Source: Chiloscyllium plagiosum (Eukaryota). Taken from it: DNA of 34,814 nucleotides. The notes under the pieces were generated by a model. It saw only the letters and a program-made list of their open reading frames with translations, did not search any database and was not told the origin of the DNA. The DNA lies in contig NW_025213636.1 of assembly GCF_004010195.1 (NCBI RefSeq), forward strand, positions 1 to 34,814, written 5' to 3'. How positions within the stretch are numbered: position 1 is the stretch's first letter; every line of letters starts with the position of its first letter. Shown here in pieces: positions 31,742 through 34,814 of the stretch. The translations under genes were made by a program, and so were the position numbers.

Positions 31742-33019
31742 TCCAAAAGGCTGCACGGGGAGGCTAGATTGAAAGTTGGGAACGTGTTAGAATTCAACCT
31801 GTGAATCCATCTTTGCTTCAACACACACTTTCACAAAGACTCCAATGAAACTACTAATGCCTCTTGCTAAAAAAAAAAGGCCAAACACTAACATCACAGA
31901 TCATTAAGCCCTCAATCAAGCAGTCCCACTGTCTAGAGATTGACAATTCCTAAAGATTACAGACACACTGTAATGTAGGCTAACCTGAAGTTCTGGGAAG
32001 GCAAGGAATTTACCAGCAACATCAGCAAGGGAAAAGAAAAATTCACCACCGGAACGGCAACAGGGAACCTCAGCAACGTCCAGACAAAGCAACCCATCCC
32101 AGCGCCAGCTGTTCCCATGACTTGCTCACCCAGCAAGAACTGTTCAGTTATTCTGAATAAGCAGGTCATCAGCTCTGTCAAAGTAGGGAGGAAGGAGAGA
32201 ATCAAACAATCTTGGGGTAAAGCTAGCAGTGGTTATAGCCTTAAGGCTAAAGAGGACAGAGAATTGTGCACTCAGTGTCTTTTAGATACATTGTAGCTAC
32301 AAGCTGTGCAGCGGACTATAGGGTGAAAATGATAGGGGAAAGAAAATTACAGTGTTACAGATTTACAGGTTGTTTTTCCCCCTAAGGGACAGCAGTTACA
32401 GTATTTCACAATGGCTCAACATATATTGCACTTTAGCACTGAATTAATTCTCAGGGTGTGAATAAAGAAGGCACCTGTTTCAGAGTTCTGTTGGAAAAGT
32501 GTGACTTTCTTAAACAGCTGCCGTCTGTGAAAGGTGCACCCACATTACTATAAGGTCAGAAGTTGCAAGGTTCTGAGCCAGCAGCAATTGAAGAAACTTT
32601 ACCAACTTATTTTCCAATACGTATATGAAAAACACAGAAATGTAAAACAAATCTTGAACTAGTCTGAACTGTGGTCCTTCCATGATATTTTGGCAGTCCC
32701 AACAACTATCATTCCACATAGCACTATTTCACCTTTGTCTGCACTTACCTACACCATATTTCAGTTCTGCTTGCATCAAGCTACCTATCCAGATATTTTT
32801 CTCTCCATCTCAAGAATTCCAGCCTTACATCAAAGCATTTGCAGCTGCATCTCCTGAACACATAAATCTAACAAAACAACAGACCGAGACAGCAGAAACA
32901 TGGCAGTACGATCACCTCCGATTTGAACACGATTCAACTTGGACAGACACTGTGATTCCTTTCTCAACACTGGGTTAAGGTCCTGGCATTCCCTGCTTAG
33001 CATTGTTGTAAAAACACAT

Positions 33020-33882
33020 TTCAGAATGCCTCATCAGCAGAACTTTCTAACAAGCACCACGACATCACTTGACTGATGGGGTCAGAATGTGGAGGTCCTT
33101 CATATACGCCCAGTCGGTCTGCACCAGCGCACACTGCCCTCAAAGTGCCGGAGTGGGGAGAGTAGAGACTGTCACACAACTCCTGCTGGAATGTGCTTTT
33201 GCAAAGGACGTTTGGAGAAAAATGTAGTGATTTTTGTCCTGTGCAGCTCCATGATGCAGGACTTTGTGCTCTACGTGTTCCCCGGGACACACGCAGAGAC
33301 AAATATCGACTGCGCCTGGTGGACCATCAACTCAGTGAACGAGGCTCTCTGGTCTGCGTGAAACTTTTTGGTATTTCCAGAACATTCCTGATGAAGGGCT
33401 TATGCCCAAAACATCGATCCTCCTGCTCCTTGGATGCTGCCTGACCTGCAGCGCCAGACATTTCGACTCTGATCTTCAGCACCCCCGCAGTCCTCACTTT
33501 CTCCAGAACAAGGAGCTGACCCAGACTGAGTGTTACAGACTGACATATTCCAAGGTCCAGGATTACATGCTGAGGGAAACTCTAAAGCTTGGGGCAGCTG
33601 CCACCAAGACACAGTGGGAAAAGACCACCATCTGAGGTCTTCCTGCTGAAGTTAAATATATGTCCATTCAGATATCGGACCCTCCTAGTGCCTCAAATGC
33701 ACATAAATATAATCTGGTATGTGTAAGAGACTTATTTGGTTTATTTGGATAGCATCAAACTCCAATGCCTGTTTGTTTGTTTCCTTAAAATGCTACTGTA
33801 CAGAACAGAACTGCGTTTGTGACTATGTATGTACTCATAAAGAAATCTTCATATATAAAGTAGATACTTGAAATAAAAAAAA
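33020..33882 (+). mobile_element. Tx1/L1-clade LINE 3' fragment (ORF2 C-terminus with decayed zinc knuckle plus 3'UTR)
   Basis: QNASSAELSNKH, CP..ETVTQLLLECAFAKDVW, FPGTHAETNIDCAWWTINSVNEALWSA, ECYRLTYSKVQDYMLRETLKLG; ends aaataaaaaaaa. Confidence 0.8.
33385..33501 (+). mobile_element. Short PLE family A terminal-repeat insertion in the Tx1 fragment
   Basis: Flanked by a 9-bp direct repeat tccagaaca (33376-33384, 33502-33510). Begins ttcctgatgaagggcttatgccc. Confidence 0.85.
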
Positions 33883-34295
33883 CATTCACCACAACATGAA
33901 GCCCCACCAACTGAACAGAGGCAACTGGGATGGCCGCACTCTTGGGTAAATGTTAAAATCAAGCTGGCTTCCACACTCATTGGTTGGAAGTTCCTGCATA
34001 TTGCATGATCCCAGCTGATGGTAATATTGGACAAGTCAGATCCCCCCCAGAGTGAACCTTGGGCCTGATAGACCATAAGCTTTTTTTTGTTTATAGGGGA
34101 GGTCAGTCATTGAACAAGAGGCTGCCAATGTACTTTTAACAAAGTTTACTTCAAGCAAGAAAAAGATCATTGAAACAAAATCATTAAAAAGTCAGAAAAA
34201 AAAAAGTCAACCTTTTTATCCTAACAACAACCTTACAGACAGTCAATCCCCCAGGAGGGGTCACCTCTATCACCATGCCAAACTATTACAAGGCC

Positions 34296-34399
34296 CCATC
34301 AGGAATACCTGATGAAGGGCTTTTGCCCAAAACATCGATTTTCCTGCTCCTCGGATGCTGCCTTACCTGCTGTGCTTTTCCAGCACAACTCTAATCTAG
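34296..34399 (+). mobile_element. Short PLE family A terminal repeat with a small inverted 5' piece
   Basis: catcagg-aata-cctgatgaagggcttttgccc...gctgtgcttttccagcac. Confidence 0.8.
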
Positions 34400-34582
34400 T
34401 TACTGAGTACCTTCAAATGAGGTTGTCAGTGTACTTTTAATGCAAACAATACACTTGCAATTTCAACAGATACTTGATGGCATGAGCCTGGGGGTGTCTT
34501 TTTAGGATCAGAACTCATGGTGTGATTTGTATGTATTTATTGGTAGCGTTTGAGCTTTGAACTAGTTTCATGTGGGATATGA

Positions 34583-34814
34583 TTTGATTAGATTAGATTA
34601 CATTACAGTTGGAAACAGGCCCTTCGGCCCAACAAGTCCACACCGACCCGCCGAAGCGCAACCCACCCATACCCCTACATTCACCCCTTACCTAACACTA
34701 CGGGCAATTTAGTATGGCCAATTCACCCAATCTGCACATCTTTGGACTGTGGGAGGAAACCGGAGCACCCGGAGGAAACCCACGCAGACACAGGGAGAAT
34801 GTGCAAACTCCACA
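34583..34814 (-). mobile_element. HE1-type V-SINE (runs off the window)
   Basis: (attag)n tail and the standard body. It is CpG-rich, which suggests a young copy. Confidence 0.9.

Noticed and set aside
31979..32296. About 105-codon stop-free + strand frame (ANLKFWEGKEF...)
   Set aside because: No early ATG, no good acceptor or donor, and no recognisable motif.
1..34814. CRISPR array or prokaryotic/viral system
   Set aside because: There are no regularly spaced repeat-spacer units or operon-like gene density. The recurrent sequences are dispersed vertebrate retroposons.

Overview
Vertebrate genomic DNA from an elasmobranch (shark or ray), inferred from the HE1-type SINEs and HER1/CR1 LINE tails. 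The window is dominated by repeats. I can support one host gene: a SOCS1-like gene on the minus strand, whose single coding exon (CDS 13969-14562) encodes a KIR, ESS/SH2 and SOCS box. It has a clear splice acceptor at 14623, a strong-context 10-codon uORF ending 1 nt before the main ATG, a miR-155 seed match, and an ATTAAA poly(A) signal. Its first exon(s) could not be located with certainty. The remainder is HE1 V-SINEs, a second tRNA-derived SINE family, Deu-domain SINEs, CR1 and Tx1 LINE fragments, Tigger-type MITEs, a decayed Harbinger transposase, and many Penelope-like element (PLE) fragments. The most striking hidden structure is that two different PLE families each carry a minimal hammerhead-ribozyme motif (CUGANGA-A-stem II-GAAA with a palindromic, loopless stem III, ACGU vs AGCU). 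The catalytic core is fixed between the families while the stems covary. All repeat family names come from manual pattern recognition rather than database searches, and boundaries are approximate unless target-site duplications (TSDs) are quoted.
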